The position numbers and the translations under genes are program-made. Source: Candidatus Omnitrophota bacterium (GTDB lineage Bacteria; Omnitrophota; Gorgyraeia; Duberdicusellales; 4484-171). Taken from it: a DNA stretch of 64,000 bases. The notes under the pieces are model-generated. The model saw only the letters and a list, made by a program, of their open reading frames with translations, did no database searches and was not told the DNA's origin. The DNA lies in NCBI GenBank assembly GCA_021735655.1, contig JAIPGM010000005.1, positions 32,001 to 96,000 on the forward strand. The letters run 5' to 3'. Below are positions 9,412 to 18,792 of the stretch, in pieces (the stretch's first letter is position 1; each line of letters starts with the position of its first letter).

Positions 9412-12400
9412 TTAACTCCTTCTTGCTTTATCGATTAAGTCAGCTTCACCTTTAGCATCATCGGGATAAGTTGATATCCTTACCCCGAAGGAAACCTTTT
9501 TAACTAATCGTTTTTTAATTAAATAACTATCCAAAGCCCTTCTTAGTCTTTCTTCTATCCTTAAGGCATTATACCTATTACAATCGGCAAGAGTAATTAT
9601 ATACTCCCCGACGACATCCCTAGTCACCAGTCTCCCTTGACCCTTAATAGCACTTTCAAGAATACTGCTAATTTCCTTTACGATTATTTTCATCTCCCTT
9701 AAAGATAACTCTTTATTTAACTCAATAAAATTATCAATATTTAGTATCACAAGCGACATTTTAATATTATCTCTAGCCGCATCCCTGATAGCATCCTTAA
9801 TAAACTCCTTAAATAAAGCATCACTATTATAATTAGGAAAAGTAAAAATAAATTTTGTTCCTTTGCCTTTTGAACTTTCAACCCAAATCCTTCCATTATG
9901 CAACGTAACAATCCCCTTAACAATAGATAAACCCAAGCCAGTTCCTTTTTCACCAGCTCCGACATCGCGCTCAAACTGCTGGAATTTATCGAATATCTTA
10001 GATAAATCACTCTTTGCAATACCTTTCCCGGTATCAACCACGCTACAAACAACCTCGTCATTCTTCGCCTCGATTACGATCTCAATGTAGCCTTTTTCGG
10101 TAAACTTAAAAGCATTATTAATCAAATTAACAAATATTTGAACAGCTTTATCCGAATCAAGATAAACCTCAAGTTTTTTTGTCGGAAGTTTAGTTTTAAT
10201 CTCAAGGCCTTTTTCTTTTGCCTTAAGCTCAAAAGATGAAACCACATCTTTTATTAATCTATTAATATTAATCAACTGCCTTTTAAGTATCACCTTTCCA
10301 GATTCAATTTTAGATATATCCAAAAGTTCATTTATAATCCGAGCTAACCGATCAATATTATTCTTAGAAGTAACAAGAATCCTTTCCTGTTTTTCATTAA
10401 TTTCACCCGGTATCTTATCTAAAATTAAACTTATCCCCTCCTTAGTGATAGATAAGGGAGTACGTAATTCATGAGATACGGTTGCGACAAAATTACTCTT
10501 TAAATCATCAAGTCTTTGAAGCTCGATATTTTTCTGCTCCATTTCTTCATAAAGCATCCTAATAGCTTCTTGATTCTTTTTCCGTTGAGTAATATCCTCG
10601 GCAACCTTAAGGTAATAGTTAACTTCACCGCTGTACTCTCTAATCGGTGATATCGAGGCTTGCTCCCAATAAAGCTGACCATTCTTTTTTTTATTATGGA
10701 ATTCACCTCGCCACTCTTTACCTGCAATAATAGTCTTCCATAAATCGCTATAACTATCCGAAGGCATATCTCCTGACTTTAAAACTCGAGGATTTTTTCC
10801 TAAAACTTCTTCCGATGAATAGCCGGTGAGCTGAGTAAACTTTGGATTTACATAAACAAGATTCCCTTTGACATCAGTAATTACCACCACACTCGGACTT
10901 TGCTCAACGGCACGTGATAATTTTTCCAATTCCTGTTGAGCAATTTTATGCTCAGTGATATTGCGGACTGTAGCCTGAAGGAGCTTCTTACCACTAATTT
11001 CCATAGCAGTTAAGAGAACTGTCGCGAAAAATTCTTCTCCTTTCATCGTTTTATGCTTCCACTCAAAAAAATGTGAGCCTTTATCAATTGCCATTTCCAT
11101 CATTTGTTTAGATTTGACAAAAGAAGAAAGTCCATCTGGTTGCTGTTCGGGCGATACCTCTGCCGGCCCCTTACTAATGAACCCTTCCTCGCTCTCGCAA
11201 GCGAATAATTCTAAAGTGGCCTTGTTGCAGCTCAAAAACTTTCCTTCACAATCTAATGTCATTATCGCATCGCGAGACGAATCGAAAAGAATTCGATATT
11301 TCTCTTCACTCATTCGCACTGCTTCTTCTACTTTTTTGCGCTCAGTGATATCTTCAAAAATTTCTAAAATTGCTTTCTTGCCCTTATAAACCATACCAGC
11401 ATACGTTATTTGAACTACTCGTCCACCAAGCACATCTCTACTTTCACAAGTCTCAATTCCCTCCACCCATACATCTTTCTTAAGCGGACAAAGATCACAT
11501 TGCTTTTTATTGTCTTTATAAGCCTCCCAGCACTTTCTCCCTTCAAGATCGTCGCCACAGGCATGCTTCAATATATTATTGGCAAAAATTATAGTTCCAT
11601 CTTCAGCAACAATATCTATCCCAAAAGGTATAGTAGCTAACAAAGCTTGGTTAAGTTCGTTAATTTTTACTAGCTCTCCCTCAGCTTTTTTACGCATGTC
11701 AATTTCTTTATTTAAATCACTTATAAAGGTAGTCGTATTTTTTAATTTATCGATCATCACATTAAAAGAGTCAGAAAATTGTTCAATTTCATCACCAGTA
11801 TTTATCTCCACTTTGAAATTTAAATTTCCCTCAGCAACCTTAGTTGTAGCTTCATGCAATATTGTTATCGGTTTTACAAAGATTCCGCTAAAAATAAATC
11901 CTAAACCGGCCAACACTATCAATAGAATAATAATAATAATAAGTGAATTAAAAATTAACCTATTTAAAGATTCAAACACCTCGGCTGATTCCTGATCTAT
12001 GCAAATTCTCCACGATAGCCCTCGCTCCAAAAGATTAGATTGCATAACTAAGGCATAAGCGACAAACATTCTCTTTCCTTGAATTTTAGATTTATCTATC
12101 ATCATCCATTGATTCTTATTTTCTAATAGTTTACCTAAATCTTTAGTGCTGAAAAATTTAGCAGTTAGCGGTTTAAATTCAGGATGGTATAGAATGTTGG
12201 CTTCTTGATCAATTAAGACAGCATGGCCAGTTTTTCCGATTTTAAAATTTTCTAAAGCTGAAAAAAAACGTTTTATGTCTAATACGGCCTTACAGACACC
12301 TATCACTTCTCCGGAGCCTCTGATCGGGACCGCTAGAGATATCCCTAAAACATTACTTGATTCATCATAGTTAGCGCCCTCAATGTAAACCTTACCTTCA

Positions 12401-12939
12401 CCGTTATTAAACGCCTCTTGCCACCACTGCTCATCTGCCTGGTAAAAGTCAGTAGTCTTACCTGACGCGGCGACTAAACCTCCAAATCTATCAGTTACGA
12501 ATATTTCACTTAAACTGTTATCGACATCTTTTACTCTAGTTAATCGCTTACTTACTGGACTTTCTAAATATCTTTTAACCAATAAGTTATCTTCGGAATC
12601 GCTAATCCATTCCTCATCCCGGCTTTTAAAATAAGCTCGAATAGCATCCTGATCCATACCTTCATAGTTCAAATTATGCCTTTTAATCTCATCTATACGC
12701 AGAGGATGCGACATGTATATATCTATATCTAAAATTTCCTCATCAATAATCCTAGCCATTGCTGCGCTGAGTAGCTGTGCCATATCGCGATAATCTTCAC
12801 CAATATTATTCCGCAACAGATTAGCTGCCCAAAAATATCCTAAGCTAAGGACTACCGACGCAAAAATAACGAGACACAAACAAATCATTAAGGTAATCTT
12901 GCGTCTAATACCGGTTTTATGTTTTATTTCTTGTTGCAT
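9412..12939 (-). CDS. Large hybrid sensor kinase: TM, periplasmic Cache-like domain, TM, HAMP, three PAS-like segments, HisKA-HATPase, C-terminal degenerate GGDEF-like domain
   Basis: Two TM helices flank an extracytoplasmic region of about 290 aa. H-box HELRTPLSITKEG and G-box GTGLGLSIVKGIVTLHNGRIWVES are present. The C-terminal 165 aa (LVILNIDNFIELN...RDVVGEYIITL...VSFGVRISTYPDD...ADLIDKA) resembles a GGDEF fold with the motif degraded to VGEY. Confidence 0.8.
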   Translation of the reverse strand: MQQEIKHKTGIRRKITLMICLCLVIFASVVLSLGYFWAANLLRNNIGEDYRDMAQLLSAAMARIIDEEILDIDIYMSHPLRIDEIKRHNLNYEGMDQDAIRAYFKSRDEEWISDSEDNLLVKRYLESPVSKRLTRVKDVDNSLSEIFVTDRFGGLVAASGKTTDFYQADEQWWQEAFNNGEGKVYIEGANYDESSNVLGISLAVPIRGSGEVIGVCKAVLDIKRFFSALENFKIGKTGHAVLIDQEANILYHPEFKPLTAKFFSTKDLGKLLENKNQWMMIDKSKIQGKRMFVAYALVMQSNLLERGLSWRICIDQESAEVFESLNRLIFNSLIIIIILLIVLAGLGFIFSGIFVKPITILHEATTKVAEGNLNFKVEINTGDEIEQFSDSFNVMIDKLKNTTTFISDLNKEIDMRKKAEGELVKINELNQALLATIPFGIDIVAEDGTIIFANNILKHACGDDLEGRKCWEAYKDNKKQCDLCPLKKDVWVEGIETCESRDVLGGRVVQITYAGMVYKGKKAILEIFEDITERKKVEEAVRMSEEKYRILFDSSRDAIMTLDCEGKFLSCNKATLELFACESEEGFISKGPAEVSPEQQPDGLSSFVKSKQMMEMAIDKGSHFFEWKHKTMKGEEFFATVLLTAMEISGKKLLQATVRNITEHKIAQQELEKLSRAVEQSPSVVVITDVKGNLVYVNPKFTQLTGYSSEEVLGKNPRVLKSGDMPSDSYSDLWKTIIAGKEWRGEFHNKKKNGQLYWEQASISPIREYSGEVNYYLKVAEDITQRKKNQEAIRMLYEEMEQKNIELQRLDDLKSNFVATVSHELRTPLSITKEGISLILDKIPGEINEKQERILVTSKNNIDRLARIINELLDISKIESGKVILKRQLININRLIKDVVSSFELKAKEKGLEIKTKLPTKKLEVYLDSDKAVQIFVNLINNAFKFTEKGYIEIVIEAKNDEVVCSVVDTGKGIAKSDLSKIFDKFQQFERDVGAGEKGTGLGLSIVKGIVTLHNGRIWVESSKGKGTKFIFTFPNYNSDALFKEFIKDAIRDAARDNIKMSLVILNIDNFIELNKELSLREMKIIVKEISSILESAIKGQGRLVTRDVVGEYIITLADCNRYNALRIEERLRRALDSYLIKKRLVKKVSFGVRISTYPDDAKGEADLIDKARRS

Positions 12940-13007
12940 TTTCTATTAAGTATTTTAGGTAAGTTTCTTGTATTTATCAGTTTATCATCCTGCCGAAAAA
13001 TTACAAG

Positions 13008-13024
13008 ATGATATTACAATATCA
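13008..13024. promoter_or_regulatory. Palindrome TGATATT-AC-AATATCA upstream of the hybrid kinase gene
   Basis: Perfect 7-bp arms with a 2-bp spacer in the 127-bp intergenic region, 70 nt upstream of the kinase ATG. Confidence 0.3.
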
Positions 13025-13066
13025 TATATCTAGAAAGGATAAATTAAGAAAAAGGAAGGTATATCT

Positions 13067-13720
13067 TTAGAAAGAAACTTTCAGCTTTGTCCCAAAAATA
13101 TGCAAATCATTCCACTTATCGCTCTTTTCGGTAGTTTCCCAAAGATAGTAGACTTCACCTTTTAGGTTTTTGATGATTTTAAGACCAAATCCGCCATAGA
13201 ACCGGTTGCGGTTTAAAGTTTCAACATCAAAATCATAAAAAATCTCATCAGCTATATAAGGCTGAATCTCTAGTTTGGTAAGCTTAAACGGAGCTTTTAT
13301 GCTAAACTTATTACGATAACGCCAATAATTATCAGCATCCTCACGATTTCGATATTCTAAGCGGCCACGATTGCTAAAGGCCAAATCAAATAATTTCCAT
13401 TTTAGATCAGCATTTAGGTGAGGTCGGTTCTCTACCTTCCAATCGCTACTTTTATCTTCATGAATATGCCGATAGTTTACACCGAGATCTAACCAACTAA
13501 CCAAGCCAGAATAAGTTACTCCTAGATCTGAATGATTATAGTAAGGATTATTAGCATTATCGCCCCAGCGGAACTCTTCTTCAAACGATAGTTTCCAATC
13601 ATCATTAATCTTTTTAGATACGTTCGAAGTATTCCAATATTGAAAGTCGCCATCATCAAAAGAAAAGGAACAAAAAGGAAATAATGCAATCGCAATAGTT
13701 AAAACAATTAACTTTCTCAT
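13067..13720 (-). CDS. Predicted outer-membrane beta-barrel protein (DUF2490-like)
   Basis: Signal peptide MRKLIVLTIAIALFPFCSF (start taken at the internal Met). Alternating amphipathic strands rich in Tyr, Trp and Asn. C-terminal ...KLKVSF ends with the aromatic residue typical of OMP barrels. Confidence 0.5.
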   Translation of the reverse strand: MRKLIVLTIAIALFPFCSFSFDDGDFQYWNTSNVSKKINDDWKLSFEEEFRWGDNANNPYYNHSDLGVTYSGLVSWLDLGVNYRHIHEDKSSDWKVENRPHLNADLKWKLFDLAFSNRGRLEYRNREDADNYWRYRNKFSIKAPFKLTKLEIQPYIADEIFYDFDVETLNRNRFYGGFGLKIIKNLKGEVYYLWETTEKSDKWNDLHIFGTKLKVSF

Positions 13721-13780
13721 AGAAAAATAATATACATCACGAAACAAAACTGTCAACAATAAAGTATATAAAGTTGTCTG

Positions 13781-15307
13781 TTAAACGGGTAGAGTAAATA
13801 TAAAACGGGAGCCTTTTCCTTCACCCTTAGAACTAGCCTCTATTTTTCCCTTATGTTCCTGAATGATATCTTTACAAATTGCAAGGCCCAGCCCAGTTCC
13901 TTCAACTTTTCCGCTTCTGGCTGGTTTAATTTGCTCAAAGGAATGAAAAAGTTTTGGAATATCATTTTTCTTTATACCGATTCCGGTATCAAAAACTTCA
14001 ACTTCGATACTATTGTCTATTTTTCTGGTAACTACAATAACTTCGCCTTTTTTGGTAAATTTAATCGCATTACTGACTAAGTTGCTGATAACTTGACTAA
14101 TCCGATCCTTATCAAACCTTGGCTTAGGTAAATCCTGACCAAGCTTTAAGCTAAACTGCAAACCTTTACGCTCAGCCAAAGGTTGCATTATTTCATAAAC
14201 ATCCCTGACAACCTCATTGACATCGTCCTCTTTAAGCCTAAGCTCCATCTTGCCGGCTTCCAGCTTTTGAAATTCTAAAACATCATTAATCAAACGAGCT
14301 AGACGATTAACGTTCTTTTTGGCCATCGAGAGAAGGTTCTTTTGCTCAGTGTTTGTATCTCCGGCCAACCCATCGAAAACTATACTAATGCTGGTTTTAA
14401 TTGCCGCCAAAGGTGTCCGCAGCTCATGAGAAACCATTGAAGTTAGTTTTGACTTATATTCCACAGCCTCGCGTAACTTTTCTTCAACTCTTTTACGTTC
14501 GCTAATCTCTTTTTTAAGTTCAAGAGTACGCTCATCGACTAATTCTTCAAGATGATCCTGATATTTCTTTAACTCATCGGTCATCGTATTAAACAAAGAA
14601 GCCAAATCGCCGATCTCGTCATTGCCCTTGACCTCGGTATGACGTCCAAATTCCTTATGAGAAATAATATATCTAATAGCTCCCAACAGCTTCGAAATCG
14701 GAACAATAACAATCCTAGAAAGGCTCTGATAAAATAAAAATATACAAAAACCTAAGGCTAACAGTAAAACCAAAAGGTTTTGAGCCCGCATTTTTCTTAT
14801 TTTACTATTTATAATTTCTTGTTTTATCCCAACATTGATCGTCCCGATAACCTCTTCGAACCAAGGAATTGGAATAATTGACTCATAATACTTACCAATA
14901 ACCAAAGTCCTCCGTTGGGAAGTTTTTAACGGATAGAGGTCACCGTATTTACCTTTGTCATAAATACTACTAAAAAAAGGAGATTTAGCATGGTATAAAA
15001 TCTTTCCATCCCGATCAGCAATAAAGCAATAATCAATGCCTTCATTTGCAAATAAAACACTCTGCAAATATTCATCCATACCCGAAAATTCATCGAGCGA
15101 AAAATAACGTAAATTATTGTGTACAGTCCGACGCAAAGCCTTACCAACCGCATAAGATTTTTCCTCCAAGGCTTCTTTATAAGCTACTTTAAAAGAAAAA
15201 ATGGTAATCAATGAATTAGCAGCTACCGCTACAACAATAACTAAAAGAATAACCGAAAATAGCTTGGTTTTGACACTTATATATTTCTTCTCTGATTTTT
15301 TATTCAT
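13781..15307 (-). CDS. Membrane sensor histidine kinase (periplasmic loop, HAMP, HisKA, HATPase)
   Basis: Two TM segments. H-box HELRTPLAAIKTS and G-boxes DTGIGI / GTGLGLAICK. 4-nt overlap with the upstream binding-protein gene. Confidence 0.85.
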   Translation of the reverse strand: MNKKSEKKYISVKTKLFSVILLVIVVAVAANSLITIFSFKVAYKEALEEKSYAVGKALRRTVHNNLRYFSLDEFSGMDEYLQSVLFANEGIDYCFIADRDGKILYHAKSPFFSSIYDKGKYGDLYPLKTSQRRTLVIGKYYESIIPIPWFEEVIGTINVGIKQEIINSKIRKMRAQNLLVLLLALGFCIFLFYQSLSRIVIVPISKLLGAIRYIISHKEFGRHTEVKGNDEIGDLASLFNTMTDELKKYQDHLEELVDERTLELKKEISERKRVEEKLREAVEYKSKLTSMVSHELRTPLAAIKTSISIVFDGLAGDTNTEQKNLLSMAKKNVNRLARLINDVLEFQKLEAGKMELRLKEDDVNEVVRDVYEIMQPLAERKGLQFSLKLGQDLPKPRFDKDRISQVISNLVSNAIKFTKKGEVIVVTRKIDNSIEVEVFDTGIGIKKNDIPKLFHSFEQIKPARSGKVEGTGLGLAICKDIIQEHKGKIEASSKGEGKGSRFIFTLPV

Positions 15308-16398
15308 TTAACTATATTTTCTCCGGACATTTCTATATATTCAACCGGAACTTTAATTCCGAACTCCTCAGCTTTACGCAAATCAAAAGCAAAACCATTA
15401 TTCTTCGGCCATTCTGGATATATCTCTTTGATTGATCTACCTTCGAATAGCTCTTTAATCATTCTGGCAGCTTGGTGGCCCATGCTTCGGTTAGAAGGAT
15501 ATACAACCATAGTCGCTCCCCAGCCTTGCATAACCGACTCCTTTCCTAGACCAATCAAAGGCTTAGTCGCGTTTTCATAAACCATACGACAAAAATACTC
15601 CTGCACCCCCATCTGATCATTAGGGGCCAAGAAAACATCAACTATCGGATCAAGTTCTAAAACAAACCTCTTAGCTGCTTCAGCCATATATTTGCTTCCT
15701 TTTTCGCCAACAACTAAAGGCACTGAACGAAAAATAATCTTAAAATTCTTAAACTCAAGATTAGTTTTAAAAAGCTCCTCGGCCCACTTACGATAACTCC
15801 TTGACTGAGGCATATCAGCATAAATAAGACCAATAATTTTTGCCTTAGGCATTAACTCTTTGATAAATTCAAAACGGGTCGCAACTCTTAGAGGGTAATG
15901 GACTCCGGTAAAATTATACTTAGGCGGCGCATCAAAATCTTCAATTACTCCAATTCCAACTGGATCGGTATTAGCAGCAAAAACAGCTACTTGATCCTTG
16001 CCTAAAAGTACATTTTTAGCAGCAACGGTCATCACTGTACCATTAATAAAAATAATATCATAATTGTTCGGTAACTGTTCCTTGAGAATCGCCTCGCCTT
16101 TTTTTATATCATTTTCAATGACAAAGTAAGCCAGGCTTAAATTGCCCCCTTCTCGATAACCCCAATAACTGAGACGTTCAAGCATAGCTTCCCTTACCTC
16201 TTTATAGGGCTCTCCGGTTTGAGAATCCAAAATAAGCAGTTTAAAATTTCGGGAAGAATTTTTAGCCACCGCTGGCTGATTCTCGGTAAATAGTGCGGTT
16301 TCCTCAACTCGATCAGAATTAGTACAGGAAATAATTAGGCCTAGGCAAACAAAAATAAACGACCTTAATAATAAATTTAAAAAATTAACACCTTTCAT
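15304..16398 (-). CDS. Periplasmic substrate-binding protein of the ABC_sub_bind (PF04392-like) family, probable lipoprotein
   Basis: Start taken at the internal Met (MKGVNFLNLLLRSFIFVCLGLIISC) because it gives a lipoprotein-type signal. The ORF-track start at 16503 is less likely. The VAVFAANTDPVGIGV region is typical of this family. It is coupled to the downstream kinase. Confidence 0.6.
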   Translation of the reverse strand: MKGVNFLNLLLRSFIFVCLGLIISCTNSDRVEETALFTENQPAVAKNSSRNFKLLILDSQTGEPYKEVREAMLERLSYWGYREGGNLSLAYFVIENDIKKGEAILKEQLPNNYDIIFINGTVMTVAAKNVLLGKDQVAVFAANTDPVGIGVIEDFDAPPKYNFTGVHYPLRVATRFEFIKELMPKAKIIGLIYADMPQSRSYRKWAEELFKTNLEFKNFKIIFRSVPLVVGEKGSKYMAEAAKRFVLELDPIVDVFLAPNDQMGVQEYFCRMVYENATKPLIGLGKESVMQGWGATMVVYPSNRSMGHQAARMIKELFEGRSIKEIYPEWPKNNGFAFDLRKAEEFGIKVPVEYIEMSGENIVK

Positions 16399-16512
16399 CT
16401 TATGGTGATATTTTACCATAAACCATAAGACACAAAAACAAAAAATCCCCACCTTTTTTAAGGTGGGGATAGCTTGCTTAATTGTTCCTTCAGCCCAATT
16501 CAAGGACTAAGG

Positions 16513-17688
16513 TTATTTCCCTAAGTTAATCGCTCTGACCTTTACAACACCTTCAATCTTAGAAAGAGCTTTTATAGTCTCCTCCTTAGGTTCATCTGAA
16601 GCATCGATAATCGTACAAGCATAGCCGGCTTTACTCTTATTTAACATCTCAACGATATTAATATTGGCTTTAGCTAAAATCGTTGAAACCTGACCAACCA
16701 TATTCGGAATATCTTTATTCATAACTATCAACCGGTGACTAGAATTTTGCTCTAATTTACAGTCAGGAAAATTAACTGAATTCTTAATAACCCCCCGCTC
16801 AATGAAATTACGCAACTGCTTAACAACCATTACTGCGCAATTAGTTTCGGCCTCTTGGGTTGAAGCACCAAGATGAGGTATGGCTATTACCTTATCCATG
16901 TTAAGTAGTTCATCATCAGGAAAATCAGTTACATATCTCTCAACTATACCGTCTTTGATTGCTTTAGCTAAATCATCATTGTTTACTATTCCACCACGGG
17001 AAAGATTTAAAATCCTGACACCTTTTTTCATCCGAGAAAACTTCTCACTATCAACCATTCCTTTAGTTGCATCAGTCAAAGGCGTGTGCAGCGAAATATA
17101 ATCTGCTTCAGCCATAAGTGCATCTAAACCATTAGCTCGTTTTACCTGTCTTGAAAGACCCCAAGCCGACTCAACCGAGATAAACGGATCATAGCCAACA
17201 ACCTCCATACCCAAATCTAAAGCAGCATTGGCCACCATAACCCCGATTTTACCTAAGCCAACAATACCGAGAGTTTTGCCCATAATCTCAAAACCGGCAA
17301 AATCTTTCTTATTCTTTTCTACCGAGGTCGGAACTTCAGTTCCCTTTCCCTTAAGTGATTCAGAAAAGGCAATACCCTTAGAGATATCCCTTGAAGCTAG
17401 CAGCAATCCGGCTATAGTCAACTCTTTTACGGCGTTAGCATTGGCTCCCGGAGTATTAAAAACAACCACCCCTCTTTCTGAGCACTTATCAATCGAAATA
17501 TTGTTGGTTCCGGCTCCAGCCCGACCCACCGCAAGAAGAGATTTCGGTAACTCCATATCATGCATCTTAAAGCTTCGGAGGATTATTGCTTCGGGATTAG
17601 TAACTTCAGTACCAATCTCATATTGATCAAGCGGAAAAAGGGCTAAGCCCTCTGTTGAAATTTTATCTAGTTTCATTACCTTATACAT
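16513..17688 (-). CDS. serA: D-3-phosphoglycerate dehydrogenase (2-hydroxyacid dehydrogenase fold with C-terminal ACT domain)
   Basis: NAD-binding GLGKIGVMVANAA motif. The catalytic region and a C-terminal ACT-like domain are present. Start reassigned to the second ATG of AAGGAGGATATGATG, where the strong RBS lies, instead of the ORF-track start at 17778 that would overlap serC by 70 nt. Confidence 0.8.
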   Translation of the reverse strand: MYKVMKLDKISTEGLALFPLDQYEIGTEVTNPEAIILRSFKMHDMELPKSLLAVGRAGAGTNNISIDKCSERGVVVFNTPGANANAVKELTIAGLLLASRDISKGIAFSESLKGKGTEVPTSVEKNKKDFAGFEIMGKTLGIVGLGKIGVMVANAALDLGMEVVGYDPFISVESAWGLSRQVKRANGLDALMAEADYISLHTPLTDATKGMVDSEKFSRMKKGVRILNLSRGGIVNNDDLAKAIKDGIVERYVTDFPDDELLNMDKVIAIPHLGASTQEAETNCAVMVVKQLRNFIERGVIKNSVNFPDCKLEQNSSHRLIVMNKDIPNMVGQVSTILAKANINIVEMLNKSKAGYACTIIDASDEPKEETIKALSKIEGVVKVRAINLGK

Positions 17689-17707
17689 CATATCCTCCTT
17701 TAGTTGC

Positions 17708-18790
17708 TTATCGGTTTGTTTTTTCGAATTCTTCCATAAGTTCAACAAGTTTTTTAACCCCTTCAACCGGCATGGCATTGTAAATACTAGCTCGCATGCC
17801 GCCGACAGTACGGTGTCCTTTCAAAGTCTTAAAACCTTTAGCTGAAGCCTCCTCGATGAATTTCGCATCTAGCTCCTTATTCCCGGTAACAAAAGGGACA
17901 TTCATCAAAGAACGGTTTTCTTTTTTAACCGGACTGCTGAAAAGTTTTGACTGATCTAAATAGCTATAGAGAATTTCTGCTTTTTCACGATTGAGCTTTT
18001 CGATTGCCGCCAGTCCTCCTTTTCCCTTAATCCAGGCAAAAACTAACCCGGCTATATAGATTGAATAGCAGGGCGGTGTATTGAACATCGAACCGGCGTC
18101 AAGATGAGTTTTGTAATTAAGCATCGCCGGAATACTGTCTGGAGCCTGGCCTACTAAATCTTCACGGATGATAACCAAGGTAACACCGGCTGGTCCGATA
18201 TTTTTCTGAGCTCCGGCAAAGATAACTCCAAATTTTGAAACATCAATTGGCTCAGACAAAATATTAGAAGACATATCGGCGATTAAAGGAACTGCCCCTG
18301 TATTAGGGATCTTTTCATAAACTGTTCCGTAAATCGTATTGTTAGTTGCGATATAGAAATAGTCAGCGTCTTTAGAAAAATCATCAGAATTAAGTTCCGG
18401 GATATAAGTAAAATTCTTATCTTCGGAACTGGCAACAACCTTAACCGCCCCCTGTTTCTTAGCTTCGGCTATTGCTTTCTTGGTCCATTGGCCGGTATGC
18501 ACATAGTCGGCTTTTTTATTTTTGACCATTAAGTTCAAGGGAATCATCGAGAACTGTAAACTTGCCCCGCCTTGCAAAAACAAAACCTTATAGTTATCCG
18601 GAATAGCCATGATTTCTCGTAGGGTAGCTTCGGCCGTCTCGATAATACCTTTAAACTCCTTGCCGCGATGAGAAAGTTCCATTACACTCATACCACTTCC
18701 TTGATAATTAAACATCTCTGCGGCAGCTTTCTTCAAAACTTCCTCTGGCAAAACTGCTGGTCCAGCACTAAAATTGTATACCCTCTCCAT
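17708..18790 (-). CDS. serC: Phosphoserine aminotransferase
   Basis: 360 aa. N-terminus MERVYNFSAGPAVLPEEVL and the PLP-binding region are typical of SerC. RBS AAAGGGGGG. The start lies 2 nt after the rex stop. Confidence 0.85.
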   Translation of the reverse strand: MERVYNFSAGPAVLPEEVLKKAAAEMFNYQGSGMSVMELSHRGKEFKGIIETAEATLREIMAIPDNYKVLFLQGGASLQFSMIPLNLMVKNKKADYVHTGQWTKKAIAEAKKQGAVKVVASSEDKNFTYIPELNSDDFSKDADYFYIATNNTIYGTVYEKIPNTGAVPLIADMSSNILSEPIDVSKFGVIFAGAQKNIGPAGVTLVIIREDLVGQAPDSIPAMLNYKTHLDAGSMFNTPPCYSIYIAGLVFAWIKGKGGLAAIEKLNREKAEILYSYLDQSKLFSSPVKKENRSLMNVPFVTGNKELDAKFIEEASAKGFKTLKGHRTVGGMRASIYNAMPVEGVKKLVELMEEFEKTNR

Positions 18791-18792
18791 GG

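Noticed and set aside
9747-10061. 104-aa minus-strand ORF overlapping the hybrid kinase in another frame (also 10500..10727, 11114..11995 plus-strand ORFs)
   Set aside because: They are alternative frames of a gene whose main frame carries H-box and G-box motifs. There is no independent evidence for them.
14926-15153. Minus-strand 75-aa ORF within the second kinase gene, and 13853..14080 plus-strand ORF
   Set aside because: These are frame-shifted shadows of the kinase gene.
16398-16503. Longer N-terminal extension of the substrate-binding protein (ORF-track start at 16503)
   Set aside because: The extension MNWAEGTIKQ... precedes the lipoprotein-type signal peptide and would bury it. The internal Met gives a sensible signal sequence.
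17689-17778. ORF-track start of serA at 17778 overlapping serC by 70 nt
   Set aside because: A strong AAGGAGG RBS precedes the ATGATG at 17688-17693, and the upstream extension has no homology-like features.
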